NCBI GenBank assembly: GCA_002238785.1
Contig: MPNA01000003.1
Coordinates: 7,368 to 71,367, forward strand
Length of the DNA stretch: 64,000 nucleotides
Reading direction: 5' to 3'
Source of the DNA: a bacterium OM1 bin76
GTDB taxonomy: Bacteria; Actinomycetota; Acidimicrobiia; Spongiisociales; ZC4RG35
Below are positions 1-10,784 of the stretch, piece by piece. Numbering within the stretch: the stretch's first letter is position 1; each line of letters opens with the position of its first letter. A program made the translations under genes and the position numbers. The notes under the pieces were generated by a model. The model saw nothing but the letters and a program-made list of their open reading frames with translations. It did no database searches and was not told the DNA's origin.

Positions 1-618
1 GCACATGTCGATTGCCTGCCAACCGGTCCGGCACCCGGCGGGTGGCCAAAGTCATGTCCACCAGGTCCGGGCGCAGGTGGAGCATCAGCGATGTCTCGTC
101 ATGGCCTCCATGGACTCCCATCCCCAGTTCGCCGGACGGGGCCGTAGCCGACCTCCCGCCGTGATCGGGGGGAAGGAACGGATGGAGCAGGAAGGTCTGC
201 ATGCCTGCGGCCAGTCGCGCCTCCCGGCAGGCGACCACCAGTAGGGCCGTGTTTCCACCGTGGGAGTTGAGAAAGACCAGACGCCGGGCACCGGTGGCGG
301 CCGCCGAGGCAGCGATGTCGTTCACCACCGAAAGGAGGGTGGTAGCTTGCAGCCACAGCGTCCCCGGCGCCCAAGCGTGCTCGTTGGCCTTGGAGACCGC
401 CAGGGTCGGCAGCAGCCACAGATCGAGTTCCTCTCCACACCGGGTCCCCACCTCCCTGGCTGCTTCGCGGGCGATCAGATGGTCCGTTGTGAGAGGAAGG
501 TGCGGGCCGTGCTGCTCCACCGATCCGATCGGAAGCAAAAGGATCGATGACGGTCCGATCATCTCCTTTACCTGGGGAAGGGTCAGATCCTCGAGTCGTC
601 GGGAACCGCGGGCAGCCA
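1..618 (-). CDS. creatininase-family amidohydrolase (partial, 3-prime end runs off window start)
   Basis: My own minus-strand translation starting at the ATG at 616-618 gives MAARGSRRLEDLTLPQVKEM...LLLPIGSVEQHGPHLPLTTDHLIA...FLNSHGGN...GVHGGHDETSLML. These are the classic creatininase/creatinine amidohydrolase motifs. The frame is not listed as one ORF in the track because it leaves the window. Confidence 0.6.
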
Positions 619-654
619 TTGCAGATATGGTAAACTGTGCTTACCATCGTCCTG

Positions 655-1977
655 ATGTTGGTGGTCCAAAACGCCCGAGAAGTGTGGACCGGATCCCGAC
701 GGCTTCGGGCCGCATCAGTGGTGTGCGAAGCGGGCAGGATCAAGAAAGTGACATCCGATCCCGTTCTGCCCCCAATCCTGACCCGTTCCGAACGCCTGGA
801 TGGCACCGGCTGCATTGTCATCCCCGGGTTGGTCAACGCCCACCATCATCTTCTGCAAACGGCCTTCCGCACCCTTCCTGGCACCCGGCATCTCTCGATG
901 GGCGCCTGGCTGGCCGCCATGGCCGGCTACTACGAGCGGGCTTCGGTCGATCCCCATCTGGGTGCGGCCGCCGCCGCGGTTGGAGTGGCAGAAGGCCTGC
1001 TGGCGGGGGTGACCACCGTGGCCGACCATCATTTCACCTGGCCTGAGGAGATCTCGCCGACAGATCTGGTGGACGCCACCGTCGGCGCCGCCCGCCGGTT
1101 GGGAGCCAGGCTGGTGTTCGGCTATGGATCGGCGGGGAATTCACCTACAGCCATCGCTGCGGGGCTGGAAGCGGTGATGGACCGGTACCCGGCCCTCAGT
1201 ACCGACGGAATGCTGCAAATGGCGTGCGGTCCGGCGGGAGTCCATTCCGACGGCCCGGAAACTTTCAATGTCTTCGCAGAGGCCGCCCGGCAGTGGGGGA
1301 TTCGTCGGCGAACCCAGGCCAACGAACAGATCGACGTCGAGAGAGCCAACCTCAGACATGGCCGACGCCCCCTGGAACTGTTGGAGGAGTGGGGCTGGCT
1401 GGAACCCGATGTGACCATTGCACATCTCTGCGAGATCTCCGACTCCGAACGGACCCGTATTGCCGCTTCGGGGGCGTCGGCCACCCACGCCCCCGGTTTC
1501 GACGTCCCGATGGGATTGGGGATCTGCAAGGTGGGGGCCCTGATCGACGAAGGGATAACCGTGGGCCTAGGCACCAGCGGCGGCGGGTACAACGATGGCG
1601 GCAACCTTTTGGCCGACGCCCGGTTGGCCCTCCAGGTGGGGGGACTCACGGAACGGTCTCCCACGGCCCTTGAACTACTGACCGCAGCCACCGCGGGGTC
1701 GGCGCAGGGGCTCGGGAGACCTGAGTTGGGCCATCTGGAACCGGGCGCCGCGGCAGACCTGCTCTGCTACGACACAACCGGGCCGGAAGACGCCGGAGTG
1801 GCGGATCCCCTGTCCGGACTGCTGTGGGCCAACCCGGGCCGCCGTCCCCGCCATGTGGTGGTAGCCGGTCGGGTGGTCGTCAGGGACGGGGAACTGCAAA
1901 CCGCCGACGTCTCTGTCCTGGCTGCCCGTCTGCGGGAACTCATGGCGGCCCGCCTGGGTCAGCCCGACTACCCCTAG
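655..1977 (+). CDS. amidohydrolase-family protein (chlorohydrolase/aminohydrolase, SsnA/TRZ-ATZ-like)
   Basis: The 637..1977 ORF contains MLVVQNAREVWTG...IVIPGLVNAHHHLLQTAF, the typical N-terminus and metal-binding HxH motif of the amidohydrolase superfamily. I place the start at the ATG at 655 because that position gives the standard N-terminus. Confidence 0.65.
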   Translation: MLVVQNAREVWTGSRRLRAASVVCEAGRIKKVTSDPVLPPILTRSERLDGTGCIVIPGLVNAHHHLLQTAFRTLPGTRHLSMGAWLAAMAGYYERASVDPHLGAAAAAVGVAEGLLAGVTTVADHHFTWPEEISPTDLVDATVGAARRLGARLVFGYGSAGNSPTAIAAGLEAVMDRYPALSTDGMLQMACGPAGVHSDGPETFNVFAEAARQWGIRRRTQANEQIDVERANLRHGRRPLELLEEWGWLEPDVTIAHLCEISDSERTRIAASGASATHAPGFDVPMGLGICKVGALIDEGITVGLGTSGGGYNDGGNLLADARLALQVGGLTERSPTALELLTAATAGSAQGLGRPELGHLEPGAAADLLCYDTTGPEDAGVADPLSGLLWANPGRRPRHVVVAGRVVVRDGELQTADVSVLAARLRELMAARLGQPDYP

Positions 1978-1995
1978 TGCAAGCCCATCGGCTGC

Positions 1996-2592
1996 CTACA
2001 TTTGCTGGCGGCCGGCCAGGGCTCTGCCCAGGGTTATCGCATCGGCGTAGTCCAGATCTCCTCCCACTGGTAGTCCCGAGGCAAGGCGCGTGATCCGCAC
2101 GCCCCTTGACTTGAAAACCCTGGCCAGGTACAGGGCGGTGGCGTCTCCCTCCAGGGTGGGATTGGTGGCCATCACCAGTTCCACGATCCCCTCCGTGTCC
2201 ATCCGCTGCTCCAATTCGGGGATGCGAAGTTGCTCCGGTCCTATGCCCCTCAGGGGTGACAAGGCACCTCCCAAGACGTGATATCCGCCCCGAAACTCGT
2301 TGGTCCGCTCGATCACAGAGATGTCCTGGGGCCGTTCCACCACACAGACCAAGGTGTGGTCCCTGCGGGTGTCCCTGCAGATGGAACACAGTGCCTCGGA
2401 GGTGAGATTGAAGCAGCGACCGCAGTTCTTGACCTTGTCGGTCATTTCCAAGATCGCTTCACCGAGGCGTTCCGCCGCTTCCTTGGGAAGGGACATCAGG
2501 TGAAAAGCCAACCGCTGCGCAGTCTTGGCGCCGATCCCCGGCAATCTGGCGAATTCGTCAATTACCTTCTGAACGGGCGCCTCGAATTTCAT
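1996..2592 (-). CDS. recR: recombination protein RecR
   Basis: MKFEAPVQKVIDEFARLPGIGAKTAQRLAFHLM...CGRCFNLT..C.IC: helix-hairpin-helix plus C4 zinc finger/Toprim, full-length RecR-like at 198 aa. Confidence 0.9.
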   Translation of the reverse strand: MKFEAPVQKVIDEFARLPGIGAKTAQRLAFHLMSLPKEAAERLGEAILEMTDKVKNCGRCFNLTSEALCSICRDTRRDHTLVCVVERPQDISVIERTNEFRGGYHVLGGALSPLRGIGPEQLRIPELEQRMDTEGIVELVMATNPTLEGDATALYLARVFKSRGVRITRLASGLPVGGDLDYADAITLGRALAGRQQM

Positions 2593-2737
2593 ACCTCTCT
2601 CAGGGTATTGACCGACAGGGACAAACCGCGGGAACCCGTGGGGGTCATGCCATCACCCGTAACGGTCAAGCTCGTTGCGGTGAGTGCTGGTTCCCTAACG
2701 GCGGCGAACAGCAGGAGTCATAGGCCGCAAGCGCTGG

Positions 2738-4661
<1,924 letters not shown>

Positions 4662-4752
4662 ATGGTTCGAATGGTATATTCGGCCACTGACATCATGTCT
4701 GAGACCGCATCAAAAACAGTTTGCGGAGGCGACAGCAAAGGGAGGAAAGACC

Positions 4753-5775
4753 GTGAAGCGCCATCGGCCCCAGCCGCCGCTAGGCATCCGGGATCGAATC
4801 CATCGCCAGCAGGCCGAGACGGCGCTATCTCCTGCAGCCACTCGTTCGGCCGACTCCCGGGGAAGGTATCTGCCCGAACCGGATGACGATCTGCTGACCC
4901 CCTTTCAGGTAGATCGGGACCGCCTGCTGTTCTCCAAGGCATTCCGGCGCCTCCGCAACAAGACCCAAGTCTTCCCCGACCCACCGGGAGACCACGTCAT
5001 CACGCGGCTCACCCACACAATCCATGTGGCCCAGATCGGCAGGTCGCTGGCGGTGGCGTTGGGTCTTAACGAAAGCCTCGCCGAGGCGATATGTCTGGGC
5101 CACGACATCGGTCACTCCCCCTTCGGGCATGTCGGAGAGGAGGCCCTCTCTCCCTATGTCCAGGAAGGCGATTGGCATCACGCTGCCCACGGAGTGCGGC
5201 TATTGAACACCCTGGAGCCGCTGAACCTGACCTTTGAGACCCTGGACGGAGTCCGGGCCCACACCTGGCGGATCGACCCGGGACCCTCCACCCCGGAAGG
5301 CATGCTGTGCCGATTCGCGGATCGCATCGCCTATCTGACACACGACCTTGATGATGCCTTCCGTCATAACGCACTCTCCCGCAGCGAGATTCCGGCGGCC
5401 ATGGTTGAGAGGTTCGGGGAACCTCAACAGTGGGTCTCAGCCATGGGCCGGGCCGTGGTCGACCAATCGGCTCGCAGCGGGAAGGTATCCATGGACCCCG
5501 AGGCGTTGTCAGTGATGACCGAATTCCGGACCATGATGTTCGAAAGGGTGTACGAGAGCCCACCGCGGATCAAGGAACACAAATGGGCTGTGGCAGTCAT
5601 CACCCGGTTGGTGGAGCACTTCATCCGCAATCCCGAGGATCTACCGTCGGATTTCGGCTTGGAGAGTGATCCTCCCCAGGTGAGGGCGGTCGACTATGTG
5701 GCCGGTTTCACCGACCGGGCCGCGATGTCCGCGTACCGGAGGCTGTTCGGCGATATACCCGGTTTTCCGGGCTAA
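4753..5775 (+). CDS. dgt: dGTP triphosphohydrolase-like HD-domain phosphohydrolase
   Basis: PFQVDRDRLLFSKAFRRLRNKTQVF...THTIHVAQIGRSLA...GHDIGHSPFGH: the dGTPase-family N-terminus and HD motif. Confidence 0.75.
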   Translation: MKRHRPQPPLGIRDRIHRQQAETALSPAATRSADSRGRYLPEPDDDLLTPFQVDRDRLLFSKAFRRLRNKTQVFPDPPGDHVITRLTHTIHVAQIGRSLAVALGLNESLAEAICLGHDIGHSPFGHVGEEALSPYVQEGDWHHAAHGVRLLNTLEPLNLTFETLDGVRAHTWRIDPGPSTPEGMLCRFADRIAYLTHDLDDAFRHNALSRSEIPAAMVERFGEPQQWVSAMGRAVVDQSARSGKVSMDPEALSVMTEFRTMMFERVYESPPRIKEHKWAVAVITRLVEHFIRNPEDLPSDFGLESDPPQVRAVDYVAGFTDRAAMSAYRRLFGDIPGFPG

Positions 5776-6419
5776 CCGGTCCAGAGAGGCTGTTCAACCG
5801 TCCAGGACACCGGGTTGCCCCATCGCTCAGCGTAGCTCACCTTATGAACCGGGCGACGGGCAGCCAACCCCCACCTCCCCTTCGGGTACCCGCAGGGAAC
5901 CGCGGCTGCCTGCTTCCATCCCCGGTCGGTTGGGACACCCAGCAGTGCCGCAGTCTCCTCCGCTTTGAAGGCTCCCAAGATGGTGGTGAGGCAGGTGCCC
6001 ACGCCATGTCCCCGGGCGGCGAGCATGGCGCTCCACACCGCCGGGTAGATGGATGCGCCCGACTCGTCTCCCCTCGCGTAGAAGAACAGCCACAACGGCA
6101 CCTGCGCGGCGTTGTCGGCCAACCACTGTGCAGACCTGAAGACCCGCAGGGTCCCCTCGTCACCCTCCCGCCGGGCCTTTTCCAATGCCTTGCCGTAAAC
6201 CTCATCCAAGAGAGTGGCGAAAGCCTCCTGATAGAGAGCACCCACGCAAGCGCGGGTGTCAGGGTCGGCGACCGCCACGAATCTCCAGTTCTGCGAATTG
6301 CCTCCCGAGGGAGAACGCACCGCGGCATCCAGCATGGCTTTTATCACAATGGTCGGAATCGGGTCGGGCAGCACTCGCCGCATCGCCCGGGTGGTGTAGA
6401 GAGCCTGTGTGAGATCCAT
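5772..6419 (-). CDS. nitroreductase-family protein
   Basis: MDLTQALYTTRAMRRVLPDPIPTIVIKAMLDAAVRSPSGGNSQNWRFVAV is the classic nitroreductase N-terminus. The start is placed at the internal Met (residue 20 of the 234-aa ORF). Confidence 0.6.
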   Translation of the reverse strand: MDLTQALYTTRAMRRVLPDPIPTIVIKAMLDAAVRSPSGGNSQNWRFVAVADPDTRACVGALYQEAFATLLDEVYGKALEKARREGDEGTLRVFRSAQWLADNAAQVPLWLFFYARGDESGASIYPAVWSAMLAARGHGVGTCLTTILGAFKAEETAALLGVPTDRGWKQAAAVPCGYPKGRWGLAARRPVHKVSYAERWGNPVSWTVEQPLWTG

Positions 6420-6496
6420 ACCTGTCAGAGTAGACGGGTTAGCAGAGTCTGAATCCGCCGGGACTGTGCCTGTCACCCTTCTTCTAAGCTTGTCCT

Positions 6497-7369
6497 ATGA
6501 GCAACTTTGCATCCTCCAAGAACCATGTAGAAGTCCTGGGCAAGCGCATGGCCTACACCGAGGCCGGCGAAGGTGATCCCATCGTGTTGCTGCACGGCAA
6601 CCCGACTTCCTCCTACCTGTGGCGAAAGGTCATTCCTGCGGTGGTCGGGCAAGGTCGTTGCCTGGCGCCCGACCTGATAGGCATGGGGGACTCCGACAAA
6701 CTCGACGATTCGGGTCCCGGTTCCTACCGATTCGTGGAACATCGCCGATACCTGGACGGATGGTTGGAGGCGGTGGGGGCCACCGACAACGTCACCCTGG
6801 TGGGTCACGACTGGGGCGGGGCGCTGGCCTTTGACTGGGCCAATCGTCACCGCGATGCGGTGCGAGGCTTGGTCTATATGGAGACCATCGTGTGCCCCGT
6901 TTCATGGGATGACTGGCCGGGTCCCGCCCGGGGGATATTCCAAGCGATGCGGTCGCCGGCCGGAGAGACGATCGTCATCGAAAAGAACGTCTTCGTAGAG
7001 AGGATCCTCCCGGCTTCGGTGCTTGATCCTCTTTCGGAGGAGGTCATGAGCGAGTATCGCCGACCCTACGTGGAAGGTGGGGAGACCCGCCGCCCCACCC
7101 TCACCTGGCCCAGGGAGATCCCCATTGACGGCGACCCTGCGGACGTGGCCGAGATAGCAGCAGCCTATGGGAAGTGGCTGGCGGAAAGCGATGTTCCCAA
7201 GTTGTTCATCAACGCCAAGCCCGGAACCATCCTGATCGGCAAGCAGCGGGAGATCTGCCGCTCCTGGCCCAACCAGACCGAGAAAACCGTGCGGGGAACC
7301 CATTTCATCCAAGAGGATTCCGGAGAACGGATCGGAGCCTACATCGCCGACTGGATGGCCGGCATCTAG
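6497..7369 (+). CDS. haloalkane dehalogenase (DhaA-type alpha/beta hydrolase)
   Basis: NHVEVLGKRMAYTEAGEG...VLLHGNPTSSYLWRKVIPAVV...DLIGMGDSDK...GHDWGGALAFDWANRHRDAVRG aligns motif for motif with DhaA/Renilla-luciferase-like dehalogenases (HGNPTSSYLWRNI, IHDWGS). Confidence 0.8.
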   Translation: MSNFASSKNHVEVLGKRMAYTEAGEGDPIVLLHGNPTSSYLWRKVIPAVVGQGRCLAPDLIGMGDSDKLDDSGPGSYRFVEHRRYLDGWLEAVGATDNVTLVGHDWGGALAFDWANRHRDAVRGLVYMETIVCPVSWDDWPGPARGIFQAMRSPAGETIVIEKNVFVERILPASVLDPLSEEVMSEYRRPYVEGGETRRPTLTWPREIPIDGDPADVAEIAAAYGKWLAESDVPKLFINAKPGTILIGKQREICRSWPNQTEKTVRGTHFIQEDSGERIGAYIADWMAGI

Positions 7370-7485
7370 CCGCACGGCGGTGACCTGTCCGGTCAAAAAG
7401 GCGGCGGACAATTCGTATGGTGTCACACCCGGGGGACAAACCAGTAGCAGTACATCGGTCATTGGTGGTCTGAAGGGAGGTCCAC

Positions 7486-8214
7486 ATGAACAACCACGGC
7501 AGCATCCGGTACGGCGACACCACCATCACCTATGAGGTGATTCGAAGCGAGCGCCGCAAAAAGACGATTCACACCAAGGTCCGTCTTGATAGCGTGCGAG
7601 TGCTGGCGCCTGCCCGTACCTCTGACCAAGAATTGGAGGACCTGGTCCAAAAGCAAGCGCCCTGGATACTCAAGAAGAGGCAAGTCCTGGCTGACAGGCC
7701 CCCTCCCAAACGGTTCGTTACCGGGGACACGATGCCGTACCTTGGTAAGGACCATCTCCTGGTGGTTGACACCGACAGTTTCATGCGGCCCTGGGTCCGC
7801 TTCGAGGACGGGAGTTTTCTGTTCGACGCGCCACCCAGAATGGATGAGGGAGAGCGGCGGGAGTTGATCAGCAACGGATTCAGGGACTGGTACCGGCAGA
7901 GAGCCGAGCAATACCTGCCTGAGCAGGTGGAGTACTGGTTGCCATTTGTGGCCAGCCATCGTGAGCCTCGCATTCTGATCCGTGATCAGAAACGCCGCTG
8001 GGCCAGTTGCTCCTCGGACGGAACTCTGCGTTTCAACTGGCGGGTGATCATGCTTGACCCTGAACTCATCGATTACCTGGTTGTGCACGAACTGACTCAT
8101 CTCACTGTCATGAATCATTCTCCCGCATTCTGGGAGTCGATGCGCTTCGTCATGCCGGACGCCAAGGACCGCAACAAACGACTCGACCAAACAAGCTTGA
8201 GTCTTCCCTTTTGA
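7486..8214 (+). CDS. YgjP-like metal-dependent hydrolase (DUF45/M48-related)
   Basis: C-terminal DYLVVHELTHLTVMNHSPAFWE is the YgjP/SprT-like HExxH...NHS...FW signature. Confidence 0.6.
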   Translation: MNNHGSIRYGDTTITYEVIRSERRKKTIHTKVRLDSVRVLAPARTSDQELEDLVQKQAPWILKKRQVLADRPPPKRFVTGDTMPYLGKDHLLVVDTDSFMRPWVRFEDGSFLFDAPPRMDEGERRELISNGFRDWYRQRAEQYLPEQVEYWLPFVASHREPRILIRDQKRRWASCSSDGTLRFNWRVIMLDPELIDYLVVHELTHLTVMNHSPAFWESMRFVMPDAKDRNKRLDQTSLSLPF

Positions 8215-8230
8215 TGGACCATCATCTCAC

Positions 8231-9247
8231 ATGCCGGCCGGCATGGCGATCAAGACTCCATCGGCAGCCAAAGTCACCATTCAAGAGAAGGCGGGGTGTG
8301 CAGAGTTGATCCTGGTAGCGATCCCGGCTTTGCTGGTCGGCACGGTCAGCCTGCTTGCCTTCCTCGGCAAGTGGATATGGCCGTTAGATCTGGCCACCAG
8401 CTTTCGCCCCCTTTATGCGGTGGGGCTTTTGGCGGCGGGAACCACCCTTTTGTTGGGTAAGTGGCGGCGTCTGGGCTGGGCGGTCGTCATTGTCGGGTTG
8501 CTGAACCTGGCTTTTGTGGCGCCCTTGTTCTGGGGGAAACAGGACATTCCTCCCCAGTCGCCCACGATGCGGGTGATCTCGTTCAATGTCCAGGGGCAGA
8601 ACGAGGAGTACCAGCAGGTGATCGACTTTTTGCGGCGAACAGCGGCCGACGTGGTTTTCCTCCACGAAGCCAACCGGCTCTGGGAAGAAGCCCTTTCAGA
8701 GGCCATTACGGAGGGGGGGTTTGAATACCACCAACACCGCTCTCGCCCCGACCATCTCATCTTCTCCACCCTGACGCTCACCAGGATCCGGCCGGTGGAG
8801 GTCACCAGTCACGGGTGGGCGGAAAGGGAAGCCAGGGCGATGGAGGTAGTGGTTGGTGTGGGCGACACGGAAGTGACGTTGCTGGGAATCCATCCGCTGG
8901 CGCCCACCAATCCCCGCCGAACGGCCCTGCGGGACGCGCAATTCGAATTCGTGGCGAAGTGGGCTGGCGGATCGGGAGGACCGACCGTGGTAACCGGAGA
9001 CTTCAACGCCACTCCCTGGTCCCATGTATTCGTGTCTCTAACTGACGCCGGGCTTCGTAACTCCCAGCGCGGTTACGGGCTCGCCCCCAGCTTCCCCACC
9101 AACGGCAATCTTCTCACCCGCGTCCCCATAGACCATCTCCTTCACTCCCCACACCTGGCGGTGGCGGACCGGTGGCTGGGACCGGACTTGGGCTCCGATC
9201 ACCTGCCACTGGTGGTAGACCTGGCTTTGGTTCCCCCTTCGGGATGA
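8231..9247 (+). CDS. membrane-anchored endonuclease/exonuclease/phosphatase (EEP) family protein
   Basis: Hydrophobic segments at the N-terminus. C-terminal GDFNATPWSHVF...SDHLPLVVDLAL matches EEP catalytic motifs. Confidence 0.6.
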   Translation: MPAGMAIKTPSAAKVTIQEKAGCAELILVAIPALLVGTVSLLAFLGKWIWPLDLATSFRPLYAVGLLAAGTTLLLGKWRRLGWAVVIVGLLNLAFVAPLFWGKQDIPPQSPTMRVISFNVQGQNEEYQQVIDFLRRTAADVVFLHEANRLWEEALSEAITEGGFEYHQHRSRPDHLIFSTLTLTRIRPVEVTSHGWAEREARAMEVVVGVGDTEVTLLGIHPLAPTNPRRTALRDAQFEFVAKWAGGSGGPTVVTGDFNATPWSHVFVSLTDAGLRNSQRGYGLAPSFPTNGNLLTRVPIDHLLHSPHLAVADRWLGPDLGSDHLPLVVDLALVPPSG

Positions 9248-9324
9248 CTTTTTCCAAGTAGTGCGGATGGTGCAGATCTTCTTTATCCTTCGGAGTCAGT
9301 CTTTGTCACAACCAAAGGACTTGA

Positions 9325-10776
9325 GTGGACAGCTTTTTCGCCCGCAACCGGCGACGACTGGCCGAGATGGTCGGTCCTCAGGGTTTGGCAGTGGTGATGG
9401 CCGGTGTCCCGAGTGCCCGAAACCCGGATGTGGAGCACGCCTTCCGCCAGGACTCCGACTTCTTCTACCTCACCGGCTTCAGCGAACCGCGTGCGGCAGC
9501 GGTGATCGCTCCCGACCATTCCCAAGGAGAATTCACGCTGTTTGTCCAGCCCGCAGATCGCCAGAGGGAAATATGGGACGGACCCCGGGCGGGCGTGGAC
9601 GGCGCCAAGGAAATGTATGGCGCCGACGCCGCCTACCCGGTGGCGGAATTCGACAAGCGCCTCACCGGACTGGCGCAGGGACGTTCGCAAGTGTGGCTGT
9701 CCCTGGCCCCGTCCGCCCGGTCCAAACAGGTCATGAACCTGCTGGACAGGGCCCATGCCTTGCGGACCCGACTGGGAGTGGACTTTCCCCGGCGCCTCTT
9801 CGACTTGCGACCGGTCCTCTCCGAGCTTCGGCTGCGCAAGTCTTCCGAAGAGATCCAATGGCTGCGGGAGGCCTGTGATCTCACCATGGAAGGCCACCGG
9901 GAGGCCATGCGCTTTGCCGGGCCCGGCCGCTGGGAGTACCAGGTCCAGGCTGCCATGGAGAACGTGTGGCGGATGGGTGGCTCCCCTCGCGACGGGTACC
10001 CGTCCATCGTGGCTTCCGGACCGAATGCCTGCATTCTCCACTACGTGAACAACAGCCGAAGGATGGAGGACGGAGATCTCTTGCTGGTGGACGCGGCCTG
10101 CGAAGTGAACCACTTCACATCCGACATCACCCGAACCTTCCCTGTCTCGGGCTCCTACACGGCTGCGCAGCTTCGCGTCTACCAAGTGGTTCTGGACGCC
10201 CAAGAGGCTGCGATCGCCGTCTGCCAGCCGGGCAGTCACATCCGGGCGCCCCACGAAGCGGCGGTGGAGGTCCTGGTGGAAGGCATGGTGGAATTGGGGC
10301 TCTTGCCCACCGGGGTCGAGGATGCCATGAACATGCACCTTTACCAGGAGTTCTTCATGCATGGAACCTCCCACTGGTTGGGAATGGATGTCCATGACGT
10401 CGGTGTTTACCGGGTTGGAGAGGCCAACCGCCGTCTGGAACCGGGAATGTCCCTGACGGTCGAACCGGGGTTGTATGTCGACCCCTCCCGCCCCGAGGTG
10501 GAGTTCACCATGCTGGATTTCGATTCCGACCAGTGGGCCAAGGAAAAGATGCTTGACCCCGCGGCTTCAGCCCGCCACAAGCAACTACGGGATGATGCTC
10601 CCAAAGTCACCCACACCGTTCCCCCTGAACTGCTGGGAATCGGGGTCAGGATCGAAGACGACGTGGTAATAACCGATCGGGGCCACGAGGTGCTCACCGC
10701 CGACCTTGCCAAGGCGCCCGACGATGTTGAGCAGTTGTGCCAACAGGCTCCACGACACAACCCGCAACGAAGGTAG
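9325..10776 (+). CDS. pepP: Xaa-Pro aminopeptidase (aminopeptidase P, M24B)
   Basis: N-terminal AMP_N-like region plus HGTSHWLGMDVHDVG and the metal-ligand pattern of M24 peptidases. Confidence 0.8.
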   Translation: MDSFFARNRRRLAEMVGPQGLAVVMAGVPSARNPDVEHAFRQDSDFFYLTGFSEPRAAAVIAPDHSQGEFTLFVQPADRQREIWDGPRAGVDGAKEMYGADAAYPVAEFDKRLTGLAQGRSQVWLSLAPSARSKQVMNLLDRAHALRTRLGVDFPRRLFDLRPVLSELRLRKSSEEIQWLREACDLTMEGHREAMRFAGPGRWEYQVQAAMENVWRMGGSPRDGYPSIVASGPNACILHYVNNSRRMEDGDLLLVDAACEVNHFTSDITRTFPVSGSYTAAQLRVYQVVLDAQEAAIAVCQPGSHIRAPHEAAVEVLVEGMVELGLLPTGVEDAMNMHLYQEFFMHGTSHWLGMDVHDVGVYRVGEANRRLEPGMSLTVEPGLYVDPSRPEVEFTMLDFDSDQWAKEKMLDPAASARHKQLRDDAPKVTHTVPPELLGIGVRIEDDVVITDRGHEVLTADLAKAPDDVEQLCQQAPRHNPQRR

Positions 10777-10784
10777 GAGGCGCG

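Noticed and set aside
99-1046. ORFs 99..836 (-) and 201..1046 (+), plus the small ORFs in this region
   Set aside because: Their translations are Arg/Pro/Gly-rich low-complexity without motifs. They overlap the creatininase-like and amidohydrolase genes in other frames, and are typical high-GC spurious frames.
4662-4752. Possible SRP RNA (ffs) in the dnaX upstream spacer, where it lies in many bacteria
   Set aside because: I checked both strands for the AGGUCAGGUCCGGAAGGAAGCAGC domain IV consensus and found no convincing match. The spacer is only ~90 nt and probably just holds the divergent dnaX/dgt promoters.
7459-8190. 243-aa minus-strand ORF antisense to the YgjP-like gene
   Set aside because: No recognisable domains and fully contained within a well-supported plus-strand CDS.
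9283-10395. 370-aa minus-strand ORF antisense to pepP
   Set aside because: Spurious antisense frame with low-complexity composition.
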